A stretch of DNA of 63,953 nt, filler included, from Octopus bimaculoides (Eukaryota): NCBI RefSeq assembly GCF_001194135.2. It is 10 parts of 10 records of this genome, joined end to end, with 100 filler letters (N's around TTAATTAATTAA, not from the genome) between each part and the next. Parts side by side here need not be neighbours in the genome. Positions count along the whole stretch, not along the records: positions 62,414 to 63,953 come from NW_026325029.1; 9 more parts are not named here. One strand, given 5' to 3'. The position numbers and the translations under genes were made by a program. Positions 62,882-63,953 of the stretch are shown one piece after another (within the stretch, counting starts at the first letter, position 1; every line of letters starts with the position of its first letter). The notes beneath the pieces are model-generated. The model saw nothing but the letters and a program-made list of their open reading frames with translations, ran no database searches and was not told where the DNA came from.

Positions 62882-63630
62882 GTTTAACGTCCGCTTTCCA
62901 TGCTAGCATGGGTTGGACGATTTGACTGAGGACTAGTGAAACCAGATGGCTACACCAGACTCCAATCTGATTTGGCAGAGTTTCTACAGCTGGATGCCCT
63001 TCCTAACGCCAACCACTGAGAGAGTGTAGTGGGTGCTTTGTTGGATGTTTGACTGAGGACTGGTGAACCAGATGGCTGCACCAGGCTCCAATATGAATCT
63101 GGCAGAGTTTCTACAGCTGGATGCCCTTCCTAACGCCAACCACTCCGAGAATGTAGTGGGTGCTTTTACGTGCCACCGGCACGAGGACCAGTCAGGAGGT
63201 ACTGGCAACGGCCACGCTCAAAATGGCGTATTTTACGTGCCACCTACACAGGAGCCAGTCCAGCGGGACTGGCAACGAACTCGCTCGAATGTATTTTCAC
63301 GTGCCACTGGCACAAGTGCCAGGAAAGCAACGTTGGTAACGGTCACGCTCAAATGGTGCTATTTACGTGCCACCGACACAAAAGCCAGACAGCTGGTGCT
63401 CTGGCAACGATCACGCTTGGACTGTGCTCTTAGTGCCCCACTGGTACAGGTGCCATCACGATTTCGCTTTCGCTTGCCCCAACAGGTCTTCGCAAGCGGA
63501 GTTTAGTGTCCAAAGAAGGAATGTTACACAAAAGTGGGCTGGCTACGTCCCTGGCAGAGGCCTTGGATTTTGGTTTCACTTGGCTTGCCGGGTCTTCTCA
63601 CGAGCAGCATATTTCCAAAGGTCTCGGTCA
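62835..63630 (-). mobile_element. RTE 3' end with tandem 3'UTR units and (GAT)n tail
   Basis: Reverse complement of 5985-6632, including repeated acgtgccaccggcac units. Confidence 0.85.
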
Positions 63631-63884
63631 GAGAATTATAACATTAAACAAACTGGTGCCCTCAAATTTATTACCCTCTTAAAATTTCCGAGAATAACCC
63701 CACATTTAAGACAAGCAAAAGAAAGGAAACGAACCCCAAATATATTAAAAGGGCTGAAATTTTAATAATTCCTTAGAAAGAGAAGATCTGGGAGATAGCT
63801 TTATCAGAAACCTGGGTTTATGGGGAACAATAATTCGGTGAGTAATCAGAAAAACTGCTGAAATGGTCATAATAAATGTGTAAA

Positions 63885-63913
63885 GGGTTATGGTTAGGGT
63901 TAGGGTTAGAGGT
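63885..63913 (+). repeat. Short interstitial TTAGGG-like tract
   Basis: gggtta tggtta gggtta gggtta gaggtt. Confidence 0.6.
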
Positions 63914-63953
63914 TTCACTTTGTTTGTTTTTCTGGTGATCCATAGGTTTTTTT

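Overview
AT-rich, gap-riddled animal genomic DNA, most likely a coleoid cephalopod (Octopus-like; inferred from the SINE/LINE repertoire, microsatellite density and TTAATTAATTAA gap spacers). The only host gene I can identify is a prolyl 4-hydroxylase alpha-subunit-like gene on the minus strand, seen as three phase-compatible catalytic-domain exons (19793-19907, 17583-17633, 12771-12851; HxD intact). Its other exons were not found. The rest is mostly mobile DNA: three tRNA-derived SINE families, RTE LINE pieces, a decayed R4/Dong-clade REL retrotransposon in tandem with the 3' end of a second copy, Penelope-like GIY-YIG remnants, two mariner remnants, a Merlin transposase remnant, Helitron-like ends, MITEs/foldbacks and microsatellites. 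Most ORFs in the supplied track are microsatellite or gap artefacts. The most interesting signals are: (1) two minimal hammerhead-ribozyme motifs with palindromic helix III (682-726 +, 21618-21654 -); (2) a MITE centred on a perfect 52-bp (CCCTAA)/(TTAGGG) palindrome nested in a piggyBac-like MITE; (3) long inverted repeats near and around the P4H exons that could form dsRNA. Repeat boundaries are approximate, and all family assignments are by eye without database searches.
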